Shown: positions 8,128 to 18,312, counted from the first letter of the stretch. The stretch: 39,133 nucleotides of DNA from an uncultured bacterium (GCA_964632485.1 CAZWDO010000029.1:1-39133), one strand, 5' to 3'. The notes: generated from the sequence alone by a model not told the origin. Translations and numbers: made by a program.

Positions 8128-9207
8128 GTGAATATGAAAGTTCAATCAAAAATTTTGGGGATTGTATCGTTGGTATTGCTTTTGTTTTTGATTGTTATTT
8201 ATTTTGTTTCAGCGAACTTGCTGATTAATAATTCACTGGAATTGGAAAAGCGTTTGCTTGAATTGAATTGTCGGCGGGTTTTGCAGAACTATCATGAAGA
8301 AGGTAAGTCCTTAGCAATCATCACTCAGGATTGGGCCGCCTGGGATGATACTTATCAATTTGTTCAGGATCTGAATTCGGCTTACAGTAAAAGCAATTTG
8401 ACCGACAATTTGCTGGCTGATTTGGAAATCCATCTTTTTGCCATTGTCGATACAAATTTTAAAACGATTTATGCCAGAAAAACGGCCGATATTGAAATGC
8501 CCACACGGGAATTTGATTTGGAGGCTGATTCTTTTTTCAGTTGCCATTTAGAGCGCTTGAAGCAACGTGGATTGAATCCGGATACTAATTATTGTCTGCT
8601 GCCCAGCCAACCCGATCCTTTACTGGTGGTTGTTGAGCCGATTATTACCAGCGATAATTCGGGAACTCCCCGAGGATTTCTGTTAATGGGTCATTTTTTA
8701 GATCACCGGAGGATTTCATTCTGGTCACATAAGCTTCAATTAACAATTAAACTGCAAACATCGTCTCAAGATGCTTGCGAATCCATAAAGCAATGCCAGG
8801 ATACACTTTTTATGCATGAAGATGGCTTTGGAGCTTGTATATTAAGCCGGGACTCAGTGATGGGCTATGCCGTCCTGAGCGATTCGGATAAAAATTTTCG
8901 CTGTTTTGCCCGTTTTTTTGATTCACGGACTGTGTATCTGCAAGCCTGTTACAATGTCCGCTATCTGATGGTCATACTGTTAATTTGCGGTATTTTCTTT
9001 TTATTGATTCAATGGGTGCTTCTTCAACGTTTTGTTTTAACAAAAATTATCAAAATTCAGGAAGAACTGGATTATCGGGAATTTATCAAAAAAAATCCCG
9101 CAATCGCTCTGCAAAAAGGTAAAGTGGAATTTACCCGTTTTATTGAAACCATGAATCGGCATCTGGATAATTCGGATTCGGAACCGGATAAAAAACAGTG
9201 TGAATAA
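8128..9207 (+). CDS. CHASE4 periplasmic sensor protein (TM-CHASE4-TM-degenerate HAMP) with no output domain
   Basis: CHASE4 signature DWAAWDDTYQFVQD...Y..SNL and PII.SD.SG..RG.L.MG. Two TM helices, a HAMP-like E...F.ETMN..L segment, then a stop. Confidence 0.85.
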   Translation: MNMKVQSKILGIVSLVLLLFLIVIYFVSANLLINNSLELEKRLLELNCRRVLQNYHEEGKSLAIITQDWAAWDDTYQFVQDLNSAYSKSNLTDNLLADLEIHLFAIVDTNFKTIYARKTADIEMPTREFDLEADSFFSCHLERLKQRGLNPDTNYCLLPSQPDPLLVVVEPIITSDNSGTPRGFLLMGHFLDHRRISFWSHKLQLTIKLQTSSQDACESIKQCQDTLFMHEDGFGACILSRDSVMGYAVLSDSDKNFRCFARFFDSRTVYLQACYNVRYLMVILLICGIFFLLIQWVLLQRFVLTKIIKIQEELDYREFIKKNPAIALQKGKVEFTRFIETMNRHLDNSDSEPDKKQCE

Positions 9208-11011
9208 ACCATCCCATATACCGCCGTCATCTGAGCTCTTAGAAGGTAAAATACGTATTTCTCTTTTCCGCTATATACTGAAAAACAAGTGGAGCTATTT
9301 GGCAGGTATTATCTTTCTAATTTCAGTGGATATGGTCCAAATTGTCGCGCCCTGGATTGTCGGCCAGATCATTGATACATTAAAGACAGATTTAACTCAA
9401 CCCCGAATCATTCACTTGATGATCGCTGAAATTATGGTATTGGCTTTTGGATTAACCTTGGGGCGATTCGGTTGGCGCTGGTTGATTATCGGCGCGGCGC
9501 GGCGATTTGAAAAAAATACGCTTAATCATCTTTTCGCCAGGATTATTGGCTTTGATCAGGATTTTTTCGATCATTGGCGTAGCGGCGATTTGATGAGCCG
9601 CTTCAGTTCCGATATGGAATCGGTTGTGCGCATGATCGGTTTCGGTTTGATTATGATTGTCGATATTATCATTATCAGCGGGTTTACAATAACCGCGATG
9701 ATTTTTAAAATCGGCTGGGGCTTAACCTGGCGTACCCTGGCTCCTTTGCCGGTGATTGCGCTTTTCTCGCTTCTTTTTGGGCGGTTGATTATCAGCAAAT
9801 ATAAATGGTTGCAGGAACAAACCGCTGAACTTTCCAATGTAGTGGATGAATCGGTGAATGGGATTCAGGTGATTAAGGTCTTCGATCGGATTCAGCAGTT
9901 CTTGCGGCGTTTTGCCCAACAATCTCATATTGTTTACCAGGGAGAAATTCAATTGGTTAAACTTTGGGGACTTTTATTTCCCCTTATTCATTTACTGGGA
10001 GCTTTATCCGGAGTATTGATGTTTTATTTTGGAGGGAAAATGGTGATGCGTGAAATAATCACTTTTGGCGATTTTGTGATGGCTAATTCCTATATCCTGT
10101 TACTGATTTGGCCAATGATGGCTTTAGGCTGGCTGATTAATGTGGTTCAAAATGGCAGGGCTTCCTTAAAGCGCTTGAATGAAATCGCTGATTATACGCC
10201 TAAAGTGGTAGATCCGCATGTCGCTCAACCCCTCCGGTCTGATTCGGCGCTATCCATTCGTAATTTGTCGTTTAAATATCCCGAAACTGAGCGATTTGTT
10301 TTACAAGACATTTCGTTGACGATCCGTCCTGGAGAATTTATCGCTTTTGTGGGACGGGTGGGCGCGGGGAAATCCACGCTGGTAAAATTGTTAGCTAAAT
10401 TTTATCCTGTCGAGCGGGGTACGATTTTTTGGAATGCTGAAGATATCAACGAGATTCGTGGCGCTGATATTCGGGAGTATTTAGCGTATGTTCCGCAGGA
10501 TGTTTTTTTGTTTTCAAAAACAATCGGCGACAATGTGGCGATCAGTCAACCGGAGACGACCGATATGGAGCAGATGGATGTACTGGAATTAGCGCGGATC
10601 GCCGATGAAATCCGTATCTTGCCGGAGCAGTTGCGTACGACGGTAGGGGAACGCGGAATCGCTCTGTCCGGGGGACAGAAACAACGTCTGACTATCGCCC
10701 GCGCCTTGCTGAAAAAAGCCCGGTTCTATATTTTTGATGATTGCCTTTCGGCCGTTGATACGGAAACTGAATCCGCTATCATCCAGTCCTTACGGGATCA
10801 TTTACAGCAAACCACTATTATTATGATTTCACATCGCCTGAAAGCCTTGCGATATGCCGATCGCATCTTTGCCTTCGATGATGGTAAAATTGTGGAATCG
10901 GGAACACATGCCGAGTTGTTGGCCTTGGGGGGCATTTACCATGAGATGTATCGTAAACAGTTATTAGAAGAAAAATTGGAGGAAATGCCGTGTCCGCCGA
11001 ATTGCCCCTGA
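9200..11011 (+). CDS. ABC exporter fused TMD-NBD subunit of a heterodimeric multidrug-type pair (YheI/MdlA-like)
   Basis: GDLMSR..SD, Walker A GRVGAGKST, VGERGIALSGGQKQR and degenerate Walker B IFDDCLSAVD. Confidence 0.92.
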   Translation: MNKPSHIPPSSELLEGKIRISLFRYILKNKWSYLAGIIFLISVDMVQIVAPWIVGQIIDTLKTDLTQPRIIHLMIAEIMVLAFGLTLGRFGWRWLIIGAARRFEKNTLNHLFARIIGFDQDFFDHWRSGDLMSRFSSDMESVVRMIGFGLIMIVDIIIISGFTITAMIFKIGWGLTWRTLAPLPVIALFSLLFGRLIISKYKWLQEQTAELSNVVDESVNGIQVIKVFDRIQQFLRRFAQQSHIVYQGEIQLVKLWGLLFPLIHLLGALSGVLMFYFGGKMVMREIITFGDFVMANSYILLLIWPMMALGWLINVVQNGRASLKRLNEIADYTPKVVDPHVAQPLRSDSALSIRNLSFKYPETERFVLQDISLTIRPGEFIAFVGRVGAGKSTLVKLLAKFYPVERGTIFWNAEDINEIRGADIREYLAYVPQDVFLFSKTIGDNVAISQPETTDMEQMDVLELARIADEIRILPEQLRTTVGERGIALSGGQKQRLTIARALLKKARFYIFDDCLSAVDTETESAIIQSLRDHLQQTTIIMISHRLKALRYADRIFAFDDGKIVESGTHAELLALGGIYHEMYRKQLLEEKLEEMPCPPNCP

Positions 11012-12801
11012 CTCCCGATGAATTACGCAGCGAAACCCTGGGTGATCGCCATGTTTTTCGCTCATTGCTACCCTATATCCGGCTACATAAAAGCTGGTTG
11101 ATCAGCGCGATTATTGCTCTGCTGCTCTCAACCGCCGTCGATCTTTCCATTCCCTATTTTACGCGGTTCGGTATTGATCAAATCATCGATCGGGCGTATG
11201 CGACGTCGAATGAACTCGATCCCGCTTTTCGGCAATTGTTCCGGTTTTCGCTCTTTTTCATGGTATTGATCCTGGCGCAATTCTTTTTTGAATATGCGCA
11301 GGTTTTCTTTTCGAATCAATTGGGACAAAAAGTGATCTATGATCTTCGTCAAACGATTTTTCAATATATGATGCAGCTTCCCACCGATTATTTTTCACGT
11401 ACGGCTTCCGGTAAAATTACGACCCGGGTAGTGATGGACACGAAAAATCTTTCCAACTTTTTTTCAGAAGTGTTAACCAGCCTGACCAAGGATATTGCCA
11501 TTATCAGCGGAGTCATTATCCTGATGTATAAGCTTAACGTAAAGTTGTCGTTATATACTACTGCCATCTTCCCGGTAATTTTCCTGACGACCTGGGGCTT
11601 TAAACGATTGGACCGTCGGGCTTATGAGACCGTTCGCGCACGGGTTGCCGATTTAAATGCTTTTCTGGCCGAGAATATTGCCGGTAGTCAGGTCTCGCGT
11701 CTTTTCAATCTGGAAGCGGTTAAACAGGTTGAATTCGAGGGCCAATCTGAAAAACTTTATCAGGCAAAAATACACCAGATGATTGTTTTTTCGATTTTTA
11801 ATCCATTTATGAATTTTCTTTATTATACGACGCTTTCCATTATTTTATGGTTTGGATCAAAAGGAATTCGGGAAGGATTTCTCAGTTTCGGTACACTCTA
11901 TGCATTTAATGCTTATTTAAGTATGTTTTTCAATCCGCTTTTCGATATGACGGAAAAATATGATATCCTGCAAAATGCGTTTGCTTCTGCTCGCAAGTTG
12001 TTTGCGCTTCTGCATGAGAAACAGGAGGATGATGCGGGAGAGGATATTCATCGGATAACTGAAGGCCGGATTGAATTCCGCGAAGTGTGGTTTACCTATC
12101 CGCGTTCCACATTTCCGGTTTTGAGGGGTATTGATGCCGATATCCCGGCCTTGCGCCGTATTGCGATTGTGGGAGAAACAGGTTCGGGCAAAACAACCTG
12201 GATGAAACTTCTGAACCGGTTGTATGATGTCGATTCCGGGGAAATTCTGATTGATGGAATTCCTGTGAAGAATTATAGCTTATCGGCTTTACGGCGCGGA
12301 ATAGCCATGACTCCCCAGGAAGTCTTCTTGTTTTCCGGTACGGTAAACGACAATATTCGTCTGTATGATCCGGTTTTTTCGGAGGATGATATACAGGAAG
12401 CGGCGCGTCAGGTGTTTGCGCATGAATTAATTATGCGGCTTTCACAGGGATACTCTACGCAGATCGTTGAACGCGGGGCAACGTTGTCTTCCGGCGAGCG
12501 CCAATTGATTGCTTTAGCGCGAGCGGCGCTTTTCCAAGCCAAAATTATTGTCCTTGATGAAGCTACCGCCAATATCGACGTGAAAACAGAATCCCTCATC
12601 CGTCAGGCGCTGATCAATCTTTCTCAATATGCTACCATTATTTCGATTGCACATCGGTTGTCAACGGTGAGAGATGCCGATACTATTTTTGTGATGCACA
12701 AGGGGAAATTGGTGGAGAAAGGGAAACATGAGGAGTTGCTTAGCCGTAAAAGTTTTTATTATAGCCTTTACCAACTGCAATTTGAACCGGCCCTGAGTTG
12801 A
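10990..12801 (+). CDS. ABC exporter fused TMD-NBD subunit, partner of the preceding gene (YheH/MdlB-like)
   Basis: GKITTRV..D, Walker A GETGSGKTT, degenerate signature LSSGERQL, Walker B VLDEATANID and IAHRLST. Confidence 0.92.
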   Translation: MSAELPLTPDELRSETLGDRHVFRSLLPYIRLHKSWLISAIIALLLSTAVDLSIPYFTRFGIDQIIDRAYATSNELDPAFRQLFRFSLFFMVLILAQFFFEYAQVFFSNQLGQKVIYDLRQTIFQYMMQLPTDYFSRTASGKITTRVVMDTKNLSNFFSEVLTSLTKDIAIISGVIILMYKLNVKLSLYTTAIFPVIFLTTWGFKRLDRRAYETVRARVADLNAFLAENIAGSQVSRLFNLEAVKQVEFEGQSEKLYQAKIHQMIVFSIFNPFMNFLYYTTLSIILWFGSKGIREGFLSFGTLYAFNAYLSMFFNPLFDMTEKYDILQNAFASARKLFALLHEKQEDDAGEDIHRITEGRIEFREVWFTYPRSTFPVLRGIDADIPALRRIAIVGETGSGKTTWMKLLNRLYDVDSGEILIDGIPVKNYSLSALRRGIAMTPQEVFLFSGTVNDNIRLYDPVFSEDDIQEAARQVFAHELIMRLSQGYSTQIVERGATLSSGERQLIALARAALFQAKIIVLDEATANIDVKTESLIRQALINLSQYATIISIAHRLSTVRDADTIFVMHKGKLVEKGKHEELLSRKSFYYSLYQLQFEPALS

Positions 12802-12819
12802 ATTTTTTACTGAACTGGG

Positions 12820-15462
12820 TTAAAATTCAATCTCTTCGATCCGGTCTTTATCTTCTTCGATATTGTATTTGGAAATTTTTTTGTGGAGATTGCGTCGGCC
12901 CAATTGAATGAGCTCGGCGGTTTTTGATTTATTCCAGTTGAATTGGTTGAGTTTGTGGATAATGAACCGTTTTTCGAATTCCTCCACCGCATCTTTCAGG
13001 GTTTGATAACTGAAGAGGGAATCATCGGCCAGTTCGAGTTCAAAATGTGGCGATTTCCCGGTAATTTCAGGTGGCAAATCATCATAGGCAATTTCTCCTT
13101 CACTACGTTTCAACGTCATCAACCGTTCCACCATATTTTCTAATTCACGGATATTCCCTGGCCAGTGATAAGCGATAAGGGCCTGCATGGCTTGCGCGTC
13201 GATTTTAATTTTGGCGCTGATTTTCATGCCGGTTTTAATTTTTTCTACAAAATGTTCAATCATCAACGGAATGTCCTCTTTCCGCTCTGCAAGGGACGGC
13301 AGAATGAGCGGGATAACATTTAGCCGGAAAAACAGATCCGCGCGGAACGTCTTTTTTTCAATTTCCTCTTTTAGATTTTTATGGGTAGCAGTAATGATTC
13401 TTACATCAATTTTTATATCTTCCTTCCCGCCAATGCGTGTAATCACTTTTTCCTGGATGGCGCGCAGAACTTTGGATTGGGTGTCAAGACTCATATCACC
13501 GATTTCATCCAGAAAAATTGTCCCTTTGGTCGCTTGTTCAAATTTTCCGATATGGCGATTGACCGCTCCTGTAAACGCTCCTTTTTCGAATCCAAACAGT
13601 TCCCCTTCGATTAAATCACGGGGGATAGCGGCGCAGTTAACCGCCACAAAGGCGCCATTCGCCCGCGGGGAGTTGATATGCACCGCCCGCGCCATTAATT
13701 CCTTACCGGAACCGGTCGGTCCGGTTATCATGACATTCGCCATGGTCGGAGCTGCCTTATCGATCATCTCCAGGACAAAAATCAATTTTTCACTGTTTCC
13801 TTTTATAAAACTATAGTCGCCTTTCAGTTCATCGCGCGTGGTAAGCGGCGGTTTCTTCTTCTCCTGGTAAGTATCTTCGGTTATTTCCAATTCCTTAAGC
13901 TGATATTCAAGTTGCTCCTTGTTGGTATTCAGTTCGACTTGCTGATGCAGCAGGCGTTCCCGATCGCTTTCCAATTTCCGGATCATTTCTTCATATCCAA
14001 CCTTGAGCAGGGAGGATTCATCCTTCTCTTTTTGGATTTCATCTTTTGCTTGCAGAAGCAATCCCTCCTTTTTCATCAACTGATCGTAGATTGAATGGAG
14101 TTGTCGTTCTTTTTCCCAGAGTTTACGGGTAACATTTGATTTATCTTTTTCCAGATAGAGTTTTTCAATCTCTTCGTAGCGGATCAAGAACATTGAGATG
14201 ACCAGGGTGGTTGTAATCAGGGTCATGGAAGGAAAAAACATAGCCAGAACCATCCCGAAGAGCAGGAAGCAACCGATAATAATCGCAATTATGAGAATAT
14301 AAGCGCCAATAATGAAAATCAGGGACCGGCGGAATGTAAAGCGGGGGAGGGAAAACCCTGCCATTAAAGCCAGGCCCAGCGCAATGAGAATATTGAGCCA
14401 AAGTGGAGCATCCCAGATAAATTTTCGCATGAGAATCGAATCGATTACGTTAGCGTGCACACCGATCAATGCATCTTTGTTTACGAATGGCGTCGAATGC
14501 ACATCCGTAGTGCCCAAAGCAGTGAAACCGATCAAAACGATTTTATCTTTGAAGGTGCGTAAGTCAATTTCAGGTAAAAATGCAGGATTGTTAGTTTCCC
14601 GGTATTTGTTATAGGCCTGCAAAACCTGGAGGAATGAATAATTGGGAAATTTATTCAGATCCGGGCCGTTGTAGTTGATATAAATTTCCCCCCGTTCATT
14701 GATGGGAATAAAGAAAGATTTTTCCCCGGGGATGTTGATGGTTATTTTATTGCCGTAATCGATGGAAACGTTTTCGGTCTGAATGCCAAGGTAATCGCAG
14801 GTAAGGGCGAATGACAAAGCAGAATAGACCCACCCGTTGTACTCGATCAGGAGTGGCACATGGCGGGTGATTCCGTCCTGATCGGCATTCACATTGACAT
14901 GACCTAAGCTTTTGCATGCATTACGCAGATTTTCAAATGGCAGCATAACGTTAACGGCTTGATATAGCCCGGTTCTTTGTCCGTAAAAAAGCAATTTGCT
15001 TTTATCCGCCGGGATGATCCCGTCTGAAGGCGCCAGTTTGCTTTTCAAATATTCCTCTCGTGAAAGATAGAAATAAATTGGAGCAATCACCGACCCCGCT
15101 TTTTGAGTTTCTTCCACCAGAAGGCGATCATCTTCATTAAAATTGCCCTGATCGAAATAAAGAACGTCGAATCCGATAGTCGCTGCGCCGAACTCTTTGA
15201 GACAGTGAAGCATTGCAGCGTAGAATCCTCGAGGTAATGGGAATCCGAATTCAGCTAATGTTTCATTGCAAATAAAAACGATCACAATTTTATCAGATAT
15301 ATCCCGCGTTCCGCGTAAGCGCATGCGATAATCAAAGGTTTTGTTCTCAAAATTTTGAAATATAGTGGATTGCATCAGAATATAGATGGTAATGGTTATC
15401 CCCAGACTGATTAATAGGGCATAACGGCGTTTTTTTTGGCGGTATATACTGAAATTATCCAT
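12820..15462 (-). CDS. Membrane-anchored CHASE2-domain sigma54 activator (TM-CHASE2-3TM-coiled coil-AAA+-Fis HTH)
   Basis: CHASE2 motifs ENKTFDYRMRLRG...IVIVFI, GA..IGFDVLY, GHVN..D.DGITR.VPL, FKDKIVLIG.TA.G..D...TP and GVHAN.I..IL. AAA+ motifs GPTGSGKE, ELFGFEKGAFTGA, TIFLDEIGD and WPGNIRELEN. HTH NKSKTAELIQLGRRNLHKKI. Confidence 0.92.
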   Translation of the reverse strand: MDNFSIYRQKKRRYALLISLGITITIYILMQSTIFQNFENKTFDYRMRLRGTRDISDKIVIVFICNETLAEFGFPLPRGFYAAMLHCLKEFGAATIGFDVLYFDQGNFNEDDRLLVEETQKAGSVIAPIYFYLSREEYLKSKLAPSDGIIPADKSKLLFYGQRTGLYQAVNVMLPFENLRNACKSLGHVNVNADQDGITRHVPLLIEYNGWVYSALSFALTCDYLGIQTENVSIDYGNKITINIPGEKSFFIPINERGEIYINYNGPDLNKFPNYSFLQVLQAYNKYRETNNPAFLPEIDLRTFKDKIVLIGFTALGTTDVHSTPFVNKDALIGVHANVIDSILMRKFIWDAPLWLNILIALGLALMAGFSLPRFTFRRSLIFIIGAYILIIAIIIGCFLLFGMVLAMFFPSMTLITTTLVISMFLIRYEEIEKLYLEKDKSNVTRKLWEKERQLHSIYDQLMKKEGLLLQAKDEIQKEKDESSLLKVGYEEMIRKLESDRERLLHQQVELNTNKEQLEYQLKELEITEDTYQEKKKPPLTTRDELKGDYSFIKGNSEKLIFVLEMIDKAAPTMANVMITGPTGSGKELMARAVHINSPRANGAFVAVNCAAIPRDLIEGELFGFEKGAFTGAVNRHIGKFEQATKGTIFLDEIGDMSLDTQSKVLRAIQEKVITRIGGKEDIKIDVRIITATHKNLKEEIEKKTFRADLFFRLNVIPLILPSLAERKEDIPLMIEHFVEKIKTGMKISAKIKIDAQAMQALIAYHWPGNIRELENMVERLMTLKRSEGEIAYDDLPPEITGKSPHFELELADDSLFSYQTLKDAVEEFEKRFIIHKLNQFNWNKSKTAELIQLGRRNLHKKISKYNIEEDKDRIEEIEF

Positions 15463-17099
15463 CAGTTGGTTAATGTTTCCATTCGTTTTTTGGCATGCCC
15501 GATGAATTGATAGAATAACGGATGCGGGGAGAGAGGGCGGCTTTTCAGTTCGGGATGAAACTGCACGCCCACAAACCAGGGATGGCCGGGTAATTCAAAA
15601 ATCTCAACCAATCCCGTTAGCGGATTGATGCCCACAACTCGTAAACCGGCATCTTCGAGAATTTTCTGGTAATCCGGATTGAATTCATAGCGATGACGGT
15701 GCCGTTCCTGGATCAGTTCCTGGTTGTAGGCCTCCCGGCTGAATGACTTTTCTGCGAGCCGGCATTCATAGACACCCAGACGCATGGTTCCCCCTTTATC
15801 GGTAATTCCATATTGGGTGGGCATGAGGTGGATGACAGGAAAGGGTGTCTGGGCATTGAACTCTGTTGAATTTGCATTGTCCAGTTGGCAGACGTTGCGG
15901 GAATATTCAATGACGGCGCATTGCATACCTAAACAAATACCGAAAAAGGGAATTTGCTCTTGCCGGGAATATGTAATCGCGTGGAGTTTGCCCTCAATAC
16001 CCCGTTCGCCAAATCCGCCCGGAATCAGTATCCCGTGGATTGGGCCATAATCTTTCATGGTTTCCGGTTTATCCAGTTTCTCCGAATCCACGTAAATGCT
16101 GTTGATTTTTACATTATGCGCCGCTCCGGCATGTATAAAAGCTTCATTAATACTTTTGTAGGCATCAGACAGATGCACATATTTTCCGCATAAAGCGATA
16201 TTCACCGTGGGCTGGTGGGGTCCGTTCACATGTTTAATCCACTCGCTCAACTGGCTGAGTTCCGCATCAGGACAAGTGATTCCGAGAGCCTGGACCACTT
16301 TTCCTGAAAAATGGTCTTTTTCAAGGGCCAGTGGAACTTCATAAATTGATGGTACGTCCCGGCATTCAATAACCCGGTCGTATCCGACATTGCAAAACAT
16401 GCCGATTTTTTCTTTGATCGATTGGGAAAGCTTGCGCTCTGTCCGGCATACCAAAAAGTCGGGTTGGATACCAATTTCCCGCAACTTATTAACGCTATGC
16501 TGAGTCGGCTTAGTTTTGACTTCACCAGCCGTTTTTATATAAGGGACCAACGAAACATGGATAGAAATTAAATTTAGCGCTCCCATTTCGAGACGCAGTT
16601 GCCGTATGGCTTCGATAAAGGGGAGAGATTCAATGTCACCAATCGTACCGCCGATTTCAATAATGACAATATCGATTCGTGGTTTGGCATCTATTAAATT
16701 AACAATAGACTGGATAATTTCGTTGGTAATATGAGGGACTACCTGGATAGTCGCGCCTAAATAATCCCCTTTGCGTTCACGGATGATGACGTTGTTATAG
16801 ATTTGCCCGGTGGTAATGTTGTTCAGGCGACTCAGACTTTGATCCAGAAACCGTTCATAATGGCCCAGATCAAGATCGGTTTCCGCGCCGTCATCCGTAA
16901 CATAAACCTCGCCATGCTGAAATGGCGACATTGTTCCGGGATCTACATTGATATACGGGTCCATTTTAAGCATGGCCACGTTCAGACCCCGTGATTTGAG
17001 CAGAAAACCGAGAGAGGATGCGACGATGCCTTTTCCCAGAGAGGAAATGACGCCTCCGGTGATTACAATTAATTTGCATTTGATTCGGTGTTTTTGCAT
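15462..17099 (-). CDS. pyrG: CTP synthase
   Basis: TGGVISSLGKG, KMDPYINVDPGTMSPFQHGEV, KTKPTQHSV, GICLGMQ, ERHRHRYE and QFHPE. Confidence 0.99.
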   Translation of the reverse strand: MQKHRIKCKLIVITGGVISSLGKGIVASSLGFLLKSRGLNVAMLKMDPYINVDPGTMSPFQHGEVYVTDDGAETDLDLGHYERFLDQSLSRLNNITTGQIYNNVIIRERKGDYLGATIQVVPHITNEIIQSIVNLIDAKPRIDIVIIEIGGTIGDIESLPFIEAIRQLRLEMGALNLISIHVSLVPYIKTAGEVKTKPTQHSVNKLREIGIQPDFLVCRTERKLSQSIKEKIGMFCNVGYDRVIECRDVPSIYEVPLALEKDHFSGKVVQALGITCPDAELSQLSEWIKHVNGPHQPTVNIALCGKYVHLSDAYKSINEAFIHAGAAHNVKINSIYVDSEKLDKPETMKDYGPIHGILIPGGFGERGIEGKLHAITYSRQEQIPFFGICLGMQCAVIEYSRNVCQLDNANSTEFNAQTPFPVIHLMPTQYGITDKGGTMRLGVYECRLAEKSFSREAYNQELIQERHRHRYEFNPDYQKILEDAGLRVVGINPLTGLVEIFELPGHPWFVGVQFHPELKSRPLSPHPLFYQFIGHAKKRMETLTN

Positions 17100-17115
17100 A
17101 ATATGAAAACCTCAA

Positions 17116-17841
17116 TTAGTTTGGATTGTCTATTAAATTTCGTTCGAATTCCCGGGCATCTTCTGGTGTATCGATCCCGATACCCTGATACAGAGTTTGC
17201 ACCAGGTAAATCGGAATTCCTTTTTCAAGAAAACGGAGTTGTTCAAGTTTTTCCCGGCATTCCCATTCGCCTTCCGGCCATTTGATAAATTGTTCCAGGA
17301 TGGTTCTCTGGTAACCGTATATACCGATATGGCGCCAGAAAGGGTGAAATTTCCCATCTCGGGTATACGGAATGGAAGCCCGGCTGAAATAAAGAGCGTT
17401 ATGATGTTCGTCTATAACAACTTTAACACTATTGGGATTGGAAAACAGGGTTTCGTCCGCGCATCGGGTGATAGCAGAAACAACGGGGTGGGATGCCAGG
17501 CTGTCCGCTATTTCTTCTAATAGCTGAGGATCGATCATAGGTTCGTCGCCCTGGATATTGATAATCGCGTCGGCATCGGGTAGTTGCGGCAAAATTGCTC
17601 CAATCCGGTCACTGCCACTGGGTAAATCCGGATCCGTCATGAAAAAAGGAACTCCGCATTGTTCCGCTATAGTGGCAATTTGCGGATGATCAGTCGCTAC
17701 CCGTATTCCTTTCAATCGGCGCGCTTTCAGGCATTGCTCTATGACGCGCTGTATTAAAGGTTTTCCCGCTAACGGGTAGAGCATTTTCCCCGGAAACCGC
17801 TGGCTGGCGAATCGGGCCGGGATAATTCCATAAATGTTCAT
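17116..17841 (-). CDS. kdsB: 3-deoxy-manno-octulosonate cytidylyltransferase (CMP-Kdo synthetase)
   Basis: IIPARFASQRFPGK, SGSDR, INIQGDEP, ALYFSRASIP, HIGIYGY, EKLEQLR and IDTPED. Confidence 0.97.
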   Translation of the reverse strand: MNIYGIIPARFASQRFPGKMLYPLAGKPLIQRVIEQCLKARRLKGIRVATDHPQIATIAEQCGVPFFMTDPDLPSGSDRIGAILPQLPDADAIINIQGDEPMIDPQLLEEIADSLASHPVVSAITRCADETLFSNPNSVKVVIDEHHNALYFSRASIPYTRDGKFHPFWRHIGIYGYQRTILEQFIKWPEGEWECREKLEQLRFLEKGIPIYLVQTLYQGIGIDTPEDAREFERNLIDNPN

Positions 17842-18137
17842 CGCGCTTTTTTTTCAACTGTTGTGGGTACGCAAAAAAAATGTCCGTCTTTTTTCGGCGC
17901 GTTTTCCAATATCATTTCCACCATGGATGCATGGCGGATTTCATCCGGTCGGGTTACATTGGTAAGGTCCAGCACATTATAAGTGGGTGAAACCGTATCG
18001 GTTTCCAATTGACTCAGTTGATTAAAATATTCAACAATTTCAGACATGTGGTTGACAAATGAAGGCAGTTCCTGCTCATCTATCTCAAGTTGAGCTAAAT
18101 TTGCAATGTATCGCACATCCTCCGTTGTGATCGTCAT
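17838..18137 (-). CDS. gatC: Asp/Glu-tRNA amidotransferase subunit C
   Basis: ITTEDVRYIANLAQL, V.PT, N..RPD and NAP..DG.FF.VP. 99 aa, with RBS AAGGAG. Confidence 0.93.
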   Translation of the reverse strand: MTITTEDVRYIANLAQLEIDEQELPSFVNHMSEIVEYFNQLSQLETDTVSPTYNVLDLTNVTRPDEIRHASMVEMILENAPKKDGHFFCVPTTVEKKAR

Positions 18138-18272
18138 GCGCTCTCCTTATTTAACTAATTTTTCTCGACACTATTGCCAGTCCATTCGCTATTAATAAAT
18201 TTTCCCGTTTTTGATTTCGCTGCATATCAGAATTTCAACAGGCCAGAGTTTATTAACAGACTTTACTTGAAA

Positions 18273-18301
18273 AAGGTATAAAAAAAAAGATTAAAAGTCA
18301 A
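18273..18301 (-). promoter_or_regulatory. Sigma70-type promoter for the gatC-kdsB-pyrG operon
   Basis: Minus strand: TTGACT (18301-18296), N17, TACCTT (18278-18273). Confidence 0.45.
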
Positions 18302-18312
18302 GTAAAAAATAC

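Noticed and set aside
9200-12801. Degenerate Walker B (DD) and signature (LSSGE) in the two exporter subunits
   Set aside because: This is the expected asymmetry of heterodimeric ABC exporters, not decay.
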